Of a stretch of DNA of 64,000 nt, positions 31,500-42,069 are shown in pieces (position 1 is the stretch's first letter; every line of letters begins with the position of its first letter). Below the pieces are notes generated by a model. It had not been told where the DNA came from, searched no databases, and was given only the letters and a program-made list of their open reading frames with translations. Origin of the DNA: Microvirga sp. (GTDB taxonomy: Bacteria; Pseudomonadota; Alphaproteobacteria; Rhizobiales; Beijerinckiaceae); contig JAVBRX010000034.1 of NCBI GenBank assembly GCA_031547465.1, forward strand, positions 2,323 to 66,322, read 5' to 3'. The translations under genes were made by a program, and so were the position numbers.

Positions 31500-31555
31500 A
31501 GTTGGGATGCAGAGAAAAGGCACCGGAGAAATCGGTTTTTCCCGTTTTCGTTGCC

Positions 31556-32497
31556 TCAGACCGTTGACCAGAAATAGCGCGTCACATGGAAAAATACCGG
31601 TGCGGCGAACACCACTGAATCGAGCCGGTCGAGAAAGCCGCCATGACCTTCGATGGCGGTGCCCCAATCTTTGACGCCGCGGTCGCGCTTGATGGCCGAC
31701 ATGACGAGGCCACCGAAAAACCCCATCAGGCAGATCAGGAATGCCTGCCCGGCAGCCTGTAGAAACGTGAACGGGGTGATGAAGAACAGAAGCGCGCCGA
31801 CGAGCGAGGCGCTCAGAACACCGCCGACCAACCCCTCCCAGGTTTTCGACGGCGACAGTTTCGGTGCGACCTTATGCTTGCCGCAGAGCTTGCCCCAGAC
31901 ATATTGCAGCACATCGCTCATCTGCACCACAAGCAACAGGAAGGCGACGAGCAGCAGCCCTTCGCCCTCATATCCGGGAATTTTCAGGGTCAGCAGCGAC
32001 GGCACGTGCGACAGGCAATAGACACAGATCATCAGCCCCCATTGCACTTCCGAAATGCGCTCCAGAAACTTCGCCGTGTCGCCGCGCAAGGCCGCGAACA
32101 CCGGCAGCAGCAGAAAAGCGTAGACCGGGATCAGGATCGCCGCCAGCCCGTACCATTCGATATAGACGAGGTAATATTGCGCCGGGAGAAAAACATAGAA
32201 ACCCGCCTCCAGCGCGTAATGATCGCCAGAGCGAGTGGTGGCGACGGTATAGAACTCACGCAACGCCGCGAACGACGACAGGGCAAACAGCAGGATCACC
32301 CCTGTCTTGCCGAACAGAAACGCGCCACCGAGGCAGGCAAGGATAACCCACCACGAGCGAATGCGGGCGTTCAGGTTCTCAATCACCGGATTGGAATCGC
32401 CGTCACGCCTTTCCAGCCAGTAGCCGACGGCAGTCGCGACGGTGATGACGGCGAGCAGCCCGCCAAAGACAGCGAAGACATATCCGTTACTGGTCAT
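31556..32497 (-). CDS. Phosphatidate cytidylyltransferase (YnbB/CdsA family)
   Basis: SDVLQYVWGK, SPSKTWEG, KRDRGVKDWG and GHGGFLDRLDS. Confidence 0.92.
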   Translation of the reverse strand: MTSNGYVFAVFGGLLAVITVATAVGYWLERRDGDSNPVIENLNARIRSWWVILACLGGAFLFGKTGVILLFALSSFAALREFYTVATTRSGDHYALEAGFYVFLPAQYYLVYIEWYGLAAILIPVYAFLLLPVFAALRGDTAKFLERISEVQWGLMICVYCLSHVPSLLTLKIPGYEGEGLLLVAFLLLVVQMSDVLQYVWGKLCGKHKVAPKLSPSKTWEGLVGGVLSASLVGALLFFITPFTFLQAAGQAFLICLMGFFGGLVMSAIKRDRGVKDWGTAIEGHGGFLDRLDSVVFAAPVFFHVTRYFWSTV

Positions 32498-33159
32498 GGA
32501 GCAGGAACTTTCGGCAAGGGAGAAGCGGCACCGGTCCGGCGAGCCTGTGGGGCGAGCGTCAGCAGGGCCTGCCGGGCGCGCTCGACGAATGCGCCGCGTT
32601 CTTCGCCCTCACCGAGGCGGAGCGGCGTGCCGAACGTTGCCGAACATAAGAAAGGCACCGGCAGCAGCACGCCTTTCGGCATCACCCGGTGCGGGTTATC
32701 GAGCCAGACCGGAACGAGATCGATGCCCGGCCGGGCCTTAGCGAGGCGGTAAAGCCCGCTCTTGAACGGCAGTAGCGGCTCGTCCGTCATATTGCGGGTG
32801 CCTTCAGGAAAGACGATGATGGATTTTCCAGCGTCGAGAATTTCCGTCAGGATGGTGAGCGGGTTGTAGCTACGGCTTGCCGCATCGCGCTCGATCAACG
32901 CCGCATAGAACACCTTTTCGGCGATGAAGCGGCGGAACGTCGTTTTCAGCCAGTAATCGGCCCCGGCAACGGGCCGGATAGTGCGGCGCAAAACCTTCGG
33001 CAGCGCCGACCAGATCAGCAACAGGTCGCTGTGGCTGGCATGATTGGCGTAATAGATCCGCTGTGTTTCGTCGGGCGCGCAGCCGCTCCATACGGCGCGT
33101 GCACCGGTAACCGCTCGCGTGAGGCCGATCAGGCCCGCCTCCGCAACCTGTCCGCGCAT
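32494..33159 (-). CDS. Lysophospholipid acyltransferase (PlsC family)
   Basis: NHASHSD (HX4D), FPEGTR and PFKSG. Confidence 0.9.
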   Translation of the reverse strand: MRGQVAEAGLIGLTRAVTGARAVWSGCAPDETQRIYYANHASHSDLLLIWSALPKVLRRTIRPVAGADYWLKTTFRRFIAEKVFYAALIERDAASRSYNPLTILTEILDAGKSIIVFPEGTRNMTDEPLLPFKSGLYRLAKARPGIDLVPVWLDNPHRVMPKGVLLPVPFLCSATFGTPLRLGEGEERGAFVERARQALLTLAPQARRTGAASPLPKVPAP

Positions 33160-33171
33160 CGCCCCCCCCCG

Positions 33172-33606
33172 TTATCGCCAGAGCAACCCTCCAAGCAGCG
33201 CGCAAAGGCCGCCCGCCTGAACGATCAGCAAAAATCCTTGCATCTTCATTAGCCTGAATGCGCCGGAAAGTCTCGCCTGCGGTTCGCGTCCGGTTTTATC
33301 CTCCGGCACCAGCGTCAGGGCGGTCAACGCCGCGTCGAGGCTTGCCAGCGACTCGTCCCCCGGTGGCATCCTGCTCAACCGCCGGAACAGGGCGGCATCG
33401 AAGCCGGTACGAATGGCAAACCAGGTTTCCGCCAGGCCAAGGAGGACAACCCAGGTAGCGATGGCCGCCAATCCGCCTTCATCGTTAAGCACGAACACCG
33501 CCAGCGCCACGCCCGCCGCTGCCGACAGGCCGATGGCGGCAAGGTGAATCGTGCGCCCCTGCGCCAGCAGGGCAGCGGCAACGCTGTAGCGGTTCATGTC
33601 GCTCAT
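33172..33606 (-). CDS. Hypothetical membrane protein of the ynb-like operon
   Basis: Overlaps the upstream stop; about three hydrophobic segments; R..FDAALF motif. Confidence 0.75.
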   Translation of the reverse strand: MSDMNRYSVAAALLAQGRTIHLAAIGLSAAAGVALAVFVLNDEGGLAAIATWVVLLGLAETWFAIRTGFDAALFRRLSRMPPGDESLASLDAALTALTLVPEDKTGREPQARLSGAFRLMKMQGFLLIVQAGGLCALLGGLLWR

Positions 33607-34988
33607 CGTTCGCCTCTCTCCGGTTCTGGCATGTCTTCGGCAATCATGCGGGCGACAATCTCAAGCTGTTCCGCCCTGAGAACCGCTTTGGGCCGCGCCT
33701 GTAACAGAATCGCCAGCGCCTCGTCCACGGTTCCGGCCCGCCCGGACAAAACCAGCCAAGCCAGCACGGCAGCGGCGCTACGCGAATAGCCAAGCGCGCA
33801 GGCGACATGGACCGGTCCGTTCTGTCGCGCCCCCTCGATAATTTTTGCGGTATCGCGCAATGTATCTTCCGGCACGGGAACGAGATCGAGGCTCGGCATG
33901 GCCGAATATGTATCGGCGGAGGGATTACCGATGAACGGCAATTCAGCGCACATATCGGCCAACATGCGCGGCCCATCCGCTGGCGCTTCCGTCAGGGGAG
34001 CGCCATGCAGTAAAAGCGGCCCGAGAAACACACCGTCGCGGACAAACACGGGCCTTGTGTCCCGCCAGGTCCAAAGCCGCGCATTGATAAAAGCGATGAG
34101 CATATAAGGCGCAAACAGGATCGCCGCTGCCAGGGTATGATGACCGCAGGGCTGTTTCTGGAACCCGTCCGCCCCGGCGGCGGCATAATTCCAGCCGACG
34201 AGCGCAAGCGATAGCACCGGCCACCACAGCACGAACCACACGAGAGACAACCGGCAGGCAAAAATGGCGATGACAGCAAGCACCCCGGCAGCCATGGCAT
34301 AACGCAACGCCAGAACCCGGCGGCGAGACGAAGCGATGGGAGGACGCAAGGGCGACGCAAAATCCTCCGGCCATAGCCAGAGGGCGAAAAAGCCGAGCAT
34401 CGCCCCGGTCGGCACGTCGATGACATGATGCTGCCATGTCGTCAGTACCGAGACGCCGATCAACGCGAACCAGCCATGAAGCAACGGGCGCAGCCAGGAC
34501 GGCGTATGCCGGAGATAGAACGCCCACAAGATAACAAGCAGGGCGATGTGCAGCGACGGCGCCTGGTTGAACGGCTTGTCGAACGCGCCGAGGAGATCGA
34601 ACAGCGCACCGAATGCCCCGTCCGTCACCGGGCGCGGGAAGGAGAACCGCAACGGAAACAGCAGAAAACACGCGACCGCAACAATCTGCGCCGTCAGCAG
34701 CCGCAGGGCGTGGCGGTCAAGTTCGCGCACCGTCGCACACAGGAACGGCGACAGGGCATAGAGCAAGTCAATCGACCAATACGGCACGATGGTCCAGGGC
34801 AGGAACGGGGTATGTCGCTCCCAACCGAAAACCAATGAACCAACATCATCACGCAGCGATGTCACCCAGTTGGCACCGTTATAGGAGGCGAAGAAGAACA
34901 CACCGAGGCAGACAAGCCACACCACCGCCCGCCGGAACGGACGAATGGGCGACAGCGGTTGCGGGGAAGCGCCGATCAGTCCGTTCAC
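33603..34988 (-). CDS. YnbD-like PAP2 / dual-specificity phosphatase fusion
   Basis: FNQAPSLH and HHVID (PAP2-like); CALGYSRS (CX5R). The GTG start overlaps the upstream stop. Confidence 0.88.
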   Translation of the reverse strand: MNGLIGASPQPLSPIRPFRRAVVWLVCLGVFFFASYNGANWVTSLRDDVGSLVFGWERHTPFLPWTIVPYWSIDLLYALSPFLCATVRELDRHALRLLTAQIVAVACFLLFPLRFSFPRPVTDGAFGALFDLLGAFDKPFNQAPSLHIALLVILWAFYLRHTPSWLRPLLHGWFALIGVSVLTTWQHHVIDVPTGAMLGFFALWLWPEDFASPLRPPIASSRRRVLALRYAMAAGVLAVIAIFACRLSLVWFVLWWPVLSLALVGWNYAAAGADGFQKQPCGHHTLAAAILFAPYMLIAFINARLWTWRDTRPVFVRDGVFLGPLLLHGAPLTEAPADGPRMLADMCAELPFIGNPSADTYSAMPSLDLVPVPEDTLRDTAKIIEGARQNGPVHVACALGYSRSAAAVLAWLVLSGRAGTVDEALAILLQARPKAVLRAEQLEIVARMIAEDMPEPERGER

Positions 34989-36829
34989 GATATCTTGCGA
35001 CACGCCAGCGACACGGTGAAGATGCCCCAGGGATCGATGCGCTGGTCCACCTTCTCGAAGCCTGCCGCCGCGACGAGTTGATCCATCTCGGCCTGTGTGC
35101 GACGGCGCATCACCCAATCCCGCCCGTCGCGATGGCTGGTGAGGGCGCGAGCGATCAGTTCGAGCTGCGGATGCCAGGGCTGGCCAGTATAGACGAGATA
35201 GCCGCCCTCCGGCACGGCGGCGGCAAGCCCTGCAAGCGAGCGGGAAACAACCGCATTATCGGGGAACAGTTCGTAAAGGCCGGACACTATCGCCAAAGTC
35301 GGATGCGGCTCGACGGCGGCGAGGCTGACGGGATCGAACGCATCGCCTTTCTCGAACTGCGCGAGTTGCGACAGCCCTTTGGCCTCGATCAGTTCCCGGC
35401 CCGCCGTGACGTTGAGATCGCTGAAATCGCGCAGCAGAATACTGTCGGGCTTGACCGAGCCGGTCAGCACCGCATCGAGCACATAACGCCCGTGTCCGGC
35501 GGCGATATCCATCACCCGAATCGGCAGGCCTGCTTCCTTCAGCCGCTTCATGCCGTCGCGCAGCATTTCCTCGACATGAACCTTGCGCTTGCGGATGCCC
35601 TGCCAGCCGATGGAATTGAGATAATTGCCATCGATCAGGGTGCCGAGCCGCCCCTTGCCCTCAGACAGGTTGCGATAGACGTAATCGAGGGTCGAGCCGG
35701 AATCGAAACCGGTATCGAGGCCGAGCCTGTAGCCTTCGGACAATTGCCCCCCGAGCTTGACGCCGCCGCGCATCGTCCGCCAGTATACCCCCTTGAGCGA
35801 AAACGGTTTCAGCGGTGACGACAGCCGGTCGTATTCGTCGCGGGTGAAGCCGAGCCTGTCGGCTTCAAGCAGCGAGGGCATCGCCAGCGGCGCGGCGAAG
35901 CGCTCCAGCATGAAACGGCGCAGTTCGGTGACCGGTGCGGTGCGTTTCCACTCCCCCAAGAGATCGTGCATCAGCCCCTTGAAGATGTGTCGCTCCTTGA
36001 ACGGCGACGCGAGGTTCTCGAAGAAGCGGTGCTGCGGATCCGGGTCGACGACATAATCGCTTCCGGCGACCAGCACCTGCACCGGCGCGACGATGGCGCG
36101 GGCATCCGCCACGATCCGCTCCGCCGCATCGTAGACGCCGAGCAGCATGTCGACGGAAATGTCGGAGGTGATCGCCTTGTCGGCGCGGTAGCTATCCTGC
36201 CGGTCCGGATCGCGGGTCAACCAGCGCGGCTGCACGTAGGATTTGACGGCGAAATTGCCGCGAAATCTGCGCATCAGCCGTAGACCGGGGCGGGCGAACG
36301 GCACGTAAAGCTTGATCTTGAAGGCGGGCGCGGCAACCGATGCGGCGCGGATGTTCGGAGCATAATCATGCAACCAGCCGAGTACTTGCACCGCGCCGAC
36401 GCTCTGGCCGACGAGGCCCATTTCCTCGACCGGGATATCATGCACCGCTCGCACATGCTCAATATAGCATTGCACGTCGCGGATCGTATCGGCGAAGGTT
36501 TCGTTCTTGCGCCGCTCATCCTTGGAGCGCCCGTGACCACGCGCATCCCAGGCAAAGAAATCGAAATCCGGCAGGTCGAGTTCGCGCACCAGATGCGCCA
36601 TGCGCCCGGAATGCTCGTGGCCACGATGGAACAGCAGAATTGCGCCGCGCCGGATTCCGCCTTTCGCAGGCCAATGCCGGTAGAAGATCTCCAGCCCATC
36701 ATGACTGCCGAACACATGATCGGCGAAAGGCCGCTCCGTTACGGGTCGGTCGGTCTTGCCTATCGCTTCAACCGTATCGGATTCCATGTCAGGTTCATAG
36801 GCGGTTACGGGGTCGGACGACATTGACAT
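34985..36829 (-). CDS. YnbC-like alpha/beta-hydrolase + class I SAM methyltransferase fusion
   Basis: HRGHEHSGR, DARGHG, GQSVG (GxSxG), DIAAGHG, SGLYELF and MRRRTQAEMD. Confidence 0.9.
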   Translation of the reverse strand: MSMSSDPVTAYEPDMESDTVEAIGKTDRPVTERPFADHVFGSHDGLEIFYRHWPAKGGIRRGAILLFHRGHEHSGRMAHLVRELDLPDFDFFAWDARGHGRSKDERRKNETFADTIRDVQCYIEHVRAVHDIPVEEMGLVGQSVGAVQVLGWLHDYAPNIRAASVAAPAFKIKLYVPFARPGLRLMRRFRGNFAVKSYVQPRWLTRDPDRQDSYRADKAITSDISVDMLLGVYDAAERIVADARAIVAPVQVLVAGSDYVVDPDPQHRFFENLASPFKERHIFKGLMHDLLGEWKRTAPVTELRRFMLERFAAPLAMPSLLEADRLGFTRDEYDRLSSPLKPFSLKGVYWRTMRGGVKLGGQLSEGYRLGLDTGFDSGSTLDYVYRNLSEGKGRLGTLIDGNYLNSIGWQGIRKRKVHVEEMLRDGMKRLKEAGLPIRVMDIAAGHGRYVLDAVLTGSVKPDSILLRDFSDLNVTAGRELIEAKGLSQLAQFEKGDAFDPVSLAAVEPHPTLAIVSGLYELFPDNAVVSRSLAGLAAAVPEGGYLVYTGQPWHPQLELIARALTSHRDGRDWVMRRRTQAEMDQLVAAAGFEKVDQRIDPWGIFTVSLACRKIS

Positions 36830-36876
36830 CGGATCCCTCCAATATGGGATGACACTGAAGTTCTTGCGGGCGTACC

Positions 36877-37497
36877 TTACGCTCCGCGCCGTTCCCGCGC
36901 CTGAGCGATGCCCTTGCGGACACGGTTAGCGATGGTGAGAAGCAACAGGGCCGAGAGCACGTAAGGCAGAACGGCGAACCAATCCGGCAGGGGCCGCCAC
37001 AAGGCTACTGCGAGGCCGAGCGCGCCGAACACCAAAGCACGGTCGCTCTTGCCGAACGGGCCGTCATAGCGGCGTTCCGCACCGAGGAGCGGCCCCATGA
37101 CCCCGGCATATTCCGTCAGCACGGCCAACAGCACGACAATGCCGATGCTCAACGGCGAAAACGGCGCGATGAACACAAAAGGGACATACAAAGCCGCATC
37201 GGCGACGACATCGCCCAGTTCGTTGAGATAAGCGCCGAGATCGCTCTTCTGGCCATGTTCGCGGGCCAGCATCCCGTCGGCGGCGTTGAGCGCCATGCGG
37301 ACGAACAGCCACACCGGCAGCAGCAGGAACAATAGCCGCCACTCATAGCCGAAGATCAGAAGTGCGCCGAGCGCCACCGACAGGGCGGCGGCGGCAATTG
37401 TCACCTGATTGGCGGTAACGCCCCGCTCCGCCAGTTGCTGCACCCTTGGTCGCAGCAGATCCTGGAAACGCGATTTCAAACCATAAAGGGTCATCAT
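36877..37497 (-). CDS. YnbA-like CDP-alcohol phosphatidyltransferase
   Basis: TANQVT, NAADGMLARE...GAYLNELGDVVAD and GPFGKSDRA. Confidence 0.9.
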   Translation of the reverse strand: MMTLYGLKSRFQDLLRPRVQQLAERGVTANQVTIAAAALSVALGALLIFGYEWRLLFLLLPVWLFVRMALNAADGMLAREHGQKSDLGAYLNELGDVVADAALYVPFVFIAPFSPLSIGIVVLLAVLTEYAGVMGPLLGAERRYDGPFGKSDRALVFGALGLAVALWRPLPDWFAVLPYVLSALLLLTIANRVRKGIAQARERRGA

Positions 37498-37943
37498 TGC
37501 CGTATCCCTTTTCAAAAGCACGTTCCGGAGCCTTCCCGGATTCATTGCCTCCCGGTCCTTGAGTCGGGATGTGAACAATGTTCACGGATCATAATGACAG
37601 AAGAATCGCTGCCGTCAAGATCGTTATGCGACGTCCGGAATTTCTGCCTTACCAATATGATAAACTGGTCCCGAGGTCCGGGGAACGACAGATTATCGGG
37701 TCTGCTCCAGAATGCGAATTTTAAGCCAGAACCTGCCAAGTTTGACATCAATACCAAGGTTTGCCGAATGTTATTGTTCAATAATGCAATGCCTAAGTCT
37801 ATCCGCAGGATTCCGGAAAAGGCCTTGCCTTGCTAATCTTCCATTCATAAACAAGCGCGTAAATTGATCGTGATTTTCGATGCGAACCCTGAATGATGAA
37901 TTGAAAAGGTTCGCCCCATAGTGGACCTGAAGGAGTCTCCTGA

Positions 37944-38327
37944 ATGCGTGCTCTAATGCTTTCCGCCCTGCTCGTTCCGTTTGCCCTCGGCGCTGCGAAC
38001 GCCCAGGATGTCGCCGCCGGTGAGAAGGTGTTCGCCCAGTGCCGTGCCTGTCATATGATCGGCGAGAATGCGAAGAATCTGGTCGGCCCGGTGATGAACG
38101 GCCTGATCGGTCGCCATTCCGGCTCCATTGAAGGCTTCGTCTATTCCGAGGCCAACAAGAATTCCGGCATCACCTGGGATGACGCGACTTTCCTGGAATA
38201 CATCAAAGACCCCAAGGCCAAGATCCCAAATACCAAGATGATCTTCGCCGGTGTTAAGGACGAGCAGAAGGCCAAGGATCTCCTGGCGTTCATCAAGCAG
38301 TTCGACGCTTCCGGCAAGAAAAAGTAA
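37944..38327 (+). CDS. cycA: Periplasmic cytochrome c2/c550
   Basis: AAGGAG RBS, signal peptide, CRACH haem motif and distal Met in PNTKM. Confidence 0.92.
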   Translation: MRALMLSALLVPFALGAANAQDVAAGEKVFAQCRACHMIGENAKNLVGPVMNGLIGRHSGSIEGFVYSEANKNSGITWDDATFLEYIKDPKAKIPNTKMIFAGVKDEQKAKDLLAFIKQFDASGKKK

Positions 38328-38364
38328 GAGCCGGCTCCAATTCGCGACCTGCAAGGTTCTGTAC

Positions 38365-38396
38365 CCAGCAACCGGTATCCGGTTGCTGGTTTTTTT
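38365..38396 (+). terminator. Intrinsic terminator after cycA
   Basis: ccagcaaccgg-tat-ccggttgctgg followed by T7. Confidence 0.88.
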
Positions 38397-38557
38397 ATGA
38401 CTATCGATAAGAAGTCCGCTTGAACTGCTTTTCAGGCTATCGCTTGGGAAGTGCTGCGCGTAGCTAACCGATATGCCCAGCTTCCACCCTTGGAATGATG
38501 CCATTTCTATGCCATTGCATCATCTGACGCAGTGTTCAGCTTTATGAGCATTTGACG

Positions 38558-41320
38558 ATGCGCGCTCAAAAACCTTGCTCCGCCACGCAGGCGATTCTCG
38601 ACCGGTTCGGCGATGCGTCGTTCGCTGACGCCACAGCGTTGCGTAAAGCGCTGGTGCCGGAGATCCGCGCCCTCCTGGACGAAGGGCGGAACGAAGCAGA
38701 ACGTATCCTCAACGAACGGAAGAACGGACTTGCCTGCGCCCACTGCCTCTCTGCCACCATGGATCAGGCGATCCAGACCATTCATGATGTCGTCATCACC
38801 GTTCTCTACCCGCTCAACAATCCGACCTCGGGAGAACGGTTGTGTGTCGTCGCCACCGGCGGTTACGGGCGCGGCACACTTGCCCCCGGCTCGGATGTCG
38901 ATCTTCTGTTCCTGCTACCGTACAAGAAAACGCAGTGGAGCGAGAGCGTGGTCGAGACCATGCTGTACGTGCTGTGGGATCTGAAACTGAAGGTGGGGCA
39001 CGCAACGCGCTCCATCGACGAGTGTATCCGCGAAGCGGAGGGGGATTTCACCACCCGCACCGCCATCCTTGAGGCCCGGTATCTTACCGGCGACACGACG
39101 CTTTACACGGATCTGAAAAACCGCTTCGAGCATGAACTCGTCAAATCCTCGGCGGCGGAATTCGTCGACGCCAAATTGCGCGAGCGCGACCGGCGGGTCG
39201 AGAAAGCCGGGGAATCGCGCTATCTCGTCGAACCGAACGTCAAGGACGGCAAGGGAGGCTTACGCGACCTACAAACCCTGATGTGGATTGTACGCTACGT
39301 ATTCGGGCCGATCCGCAAACCCTCGGAACTGGTCAAGGCGGCAGCGATCACTCCGCATGAAGCGCGGCAGTTCTTTCGCTGCGAAGAATTTCTGTGGCGG
39401 GTACGCTGCCATATGCATTTTGCCGCCGGAAAAGGTGAGGAGCGCCTGACGTTCGATTTACAGAATGCTCTCGCCCCACGGCTGGGATACACCGCTACTA
39501 CAACGCTTTCAGCGGTGGAACAGTTCATGAAGGCGTATTTTCTGGTCGCCAAGGAGGTCGGCTCCCTCACCGCCCAGCTCTGCGCCGTGCTGGAAGCCCG
39601 GCACGCCAAGCGCCGCCCGATGCTCGACCGCCAGATCGAATCGGTACTGCAGGACGGTTCGATTCTGGAAAGCGGCGATTTTACCTTCGACAACGAGCGG
39701 CTGACATTGGCGCGCGGCGATGCGTTCATGACCGATCCTGTCAATCTGATCCGGCTGTTCTGGCTGGCAAGCCGACACAATGCGCCAATTCATCCGGATG
39801 CGCTGCGCCTTGCCAGCCAGCAACGCCGCCTGATTGATGCGGCGTTGCGAAAGAACCCCGAGGCCAACCGGCTGTTCCTCGACATCCTGACCTCGCGCAA
39901 CGCTCCCGACGTGGTGCTGCGGCTGATGAACGAGGCAGGGGTACTCGGGCGCTTCGTCACCGAATTCGGCCAGATCGTCGCGATGATGCAGTTCAGTATG
40001 TATCACCACTACACGGTGGATGAGCATCTGCTGCGCTCCATCGGCTTCCTGTCCGAGATCGAGGCCGGTCGACTGCAACACGAGCATCCGCTCGCCTCCT
40101 CCCTGACCGTTCCCAATCGGCGCGAATTGTATGTGGCGATGTTTCTGCACGACATCGCCAAGGGTCGCCCCAAGGACCACTCGGTGGCAGGCGAGCGCGT
40201 TGCCCGCAGGCTCTGCCCGCGCTTCGGCCTCAGCCAGGAGGAAACCGATACCGTCGCCTGGCTGGTACGCAACCATCTTCTGATGTCCAACACCGCGCAG
40301 CGCCGCGACCTCTCCGATCCGACGACGATCCGCAATTTCGCCGAGGCGGTCCAGAGTATGCACCGTCTCAAGCTACTGCTGATGGTCACCATCGCCGACA
40401 TCCGCGCTGTGGGACCGGGGGTATGGACCGGGTGGAAGGGCGAATTACTGCGGGCGCTTTATTTCGAAACCGAAATACTGCTAGGCGGCGCCAACGCCGA
40501 CCTTGCTCACCATGCCCGCATGGCCAAAGCCCAGGCTACCCTGCGAGCAGCGCTCTCCGACTGGCCCGATGAGGCGATTGACGCCTATCTCGGACGGCAT
40601 TCTCCGGCCTACTGGGTGCGGGTTTACGAATCGCGCCGCGTCAAGCATGCGCGGTTCGTGCGTGAAACGGAACTGTCAGGGCGAAGCATGGCGGCAACTG
40701 TCGAAACCGATAAGTTTCGTGGCGCTACCGAGTTGACCGTCTTCGCCCCGGACCATCCGCGCCTGTTGGCAATCATCACCGGCGCCTGCGCCGCATCGGG
40801 CGGCAATATCGTCGACGCGCAGATATTCACCACCATCGACGGCCATGCCATCGACACGATCACCCTGTCGGGGGCTTTCGAGCGCGACGAGGACGAGATG
40901 CGGCGCGGGCGGCGGATCGCCACGATTATCGAGCGGGCTCTGAAGGGCGAGGTGAAGATCGCGGATCTCGTCGAAAGCAGGCGTCCACGCCTGAGAGCCG
41001 ACAAGCCGTTCAAGCTCAAGCCGAAAATTTCCATCGACAACACCCTGTCGCAAAAGCATACAGTGATCGAAATTTCCGGCCTCGACCGGCCTGGCCTGCT
41101 TTACGATCTCACCACCGCCCTCGCTCGGCTCAACCTCAACATTGCCTCGGCGCATATCGTCACATTCGGGGAAAAAGCGGTGGATGTGTTTTATGTCACC
41201 GACCTCACCGGCACGAAAATCCTGCATTCCGGACGGCAGACGGCGATCCGCCGCACGCTGCTCGACGTATTCGAGCCGGAAGGAGGAAAGACCGCTTCGG
41301 CCCGGCAAGCGTCACCATAA
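38558..41320 (+). CDS. glnD: [Protein-PII] uridylyltransferase
   Basis: GGYGRG..APGSDVD, NVKDGKGGLRD, HHYTVDEH, LHDIAKG and two C-terminal ACT domains. Confidence 0.97.
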   Translation: MRAQKPCSATQAILDRFGDASFADATALRKALVPEIRALLDEGRNEAERILNERKNGLACAHCLSATMDQAIQTIHDVVITVLYPLNNPTSGERLCVVATGGYGRGTLAPGSDVDLLFLLPYKKTQWSESVVETMLYVLWDLKLKVGHATRSIDECIREAEGDFTTRTAILEARYLTGDTTLYTDLKNRFEHELVKSSAAEFVDAKLRERDRRVEKAGESRYLVEPNVKDGKGGLRDLQTLMWIVRYVFGPIRKPSELVKAAAITPHEARQFFRCEEFLWRVRCHMHFAAGKGEERLTFDLQNALAPRLGYTATTTLSAVEQFMKAYFLVAKEVGSLTAQLCAVLEARHAKRRPMLDRQIESVLQDGSILESGDFTFDNERLTLARGDAFMTDPVNLIRLFWLASRHNAPIHPDALRLASQQRRLIDAALRKNPEANRLFLDILTSRNAPDVVLRLMNEAGVLGRFVTEFGQIVAMMQFSMYHHYTVDEHLLRSIGFLSEIEAGRLQHEHPLASSLTVPNRRELYVAMFLHDIAKGRPKDHSVAGERVARRLCPRFGLSQEETDTVAWLVRNHLLMSNTAQRRDLSDPTTIRNFAEAVQSMHRLKLLLMVTIADIRAVGPGVWTGWKGELLRALYFETEILLGGANADLAHHARMAKAQATLRAALSDWPDEAIDAYLGRHSPAYWVRVYESRRVKHARFVRETELSGRSMAATVETDKFRGATELTVFAPDHPRLLAIITGACAASGGNIVDAQIFTTIDGHAIDTITLSGAFERDEDEMRRGRRIATIIERALKGEVKIADLVESRRPRLRADKPFKLKPKISIDNTLSQKHTVIEISGLDRPGLLYDLTTALARLNLNIASAHIVTFGEKAVDVFYVTDLTGTKILHSGRQTAIRRTLLDVFEPEGGKTASARQASP

Positions 41321-41332
41321 GACAAAACAAGA

Positions 41333-41361
41333 CTTGATTTACCGGACCGTCGACCTGATAT
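41333..41361 (+). promoter_or_regulatory. RpoH-type promoter of grpE
   Basis: CTTG-N18-CTGATAT. Confidence 0.6.
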
Positions 41362-41397
41362 CAGGGTCTCCGATTCGTTTTGTTGATCAATTGAGAG

Positions 41398-42024
41398 ATG
41401 ATGAAACCCAACGACACTCAATCCCCCGCCGCCGGTGAAGAGCAATACGCCGATATTGAGAGCGCGGGCGCGGACACCGAGGATTTCACTGCCCAGACAA
41501 TTGCCGCGCTGGAAGCCGAGAATGCCGAATTCAAGGACCGGCTGTTGCGGGCGTTGGCGGAAGTCGAGAATCTGCGTCGTCGCGCAGCGCGCGACGTAGC
41601 GGATGCACGGACGTATTCCGTGACCAATTTCGCCCGCGACATGCTCACTGTCGCCGACAATATTCGCCGCGCCCTCGACGCGGTTCCGGACGAAACGCTG
41701 GCGGTCTTGCCGGAAGGCCCCATCAAGGGGGTGATCGAAGGTGTGACGGTAACGGAGCGCGACCTTCTCAATACTCTGGAACGGCATGGTGTGCGCAAAC
41801 TCGACCCGAAGGGCGAGCGGTTCGATCCGCATTTCCATCAGGCGATGTTCGAGATTCCCAACCCGGATGTCTATGCCGGAACGGTGCTTGACGTGATGCA
41901 GGTCGGTTACACGATCGGCGACCGGGTTCTGCGACCGGCCATGGTCGGCATTGCCAAAGGCGGCCCGAAAGCCCCGCCTGCGACGACTACGGACGATGGC
42001 GCCGGACCAGGCGAGACTGCGTAA
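41398..42024 (+). CDS. grpE: Nucleotide exchange factor GrpE
   Basis: [21 protein letters not shown] and [14 protein letters not shown]. Confidence 0.96.
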   Translation: MMKPNDTQSPAAGEEQYADIESAGADTEDFTAQTIAALEAENAEFKDRLLRALAEVENLRRRAARDVADARTYSVTNFARDMLTVADNIRRALDAVPDETLAVLPEGPIKGVIEGVTVTERDLLNTLERHGVRKLDPKGERFDPHFHQAMFEIPNPDVYAGTVLDVMQVGYTIGDRVLRPAMVGIAKGGPKAPPATTTDDGAGPGETA

Positions 42025-42040
42025 TCCTATTGAAAATTCC

Positions 42041-42067
42041 GCCAATCCGGCTCGATACCGGATTGGC
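42041..42067. terminator. Hairpin between convergent grpE and trmB
   Basis: gccaatccgg-ctcgata-ccggattggc. Confidence 0.6.
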
Positions 42068-42069
42068 CG

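Noticed and set aside
37740-37880. FNR/FixK box upstream of cycA
   Set aside because: Only half sites (TTGAC, TTGAT) without a matching ATCAA arm at the right spacing.
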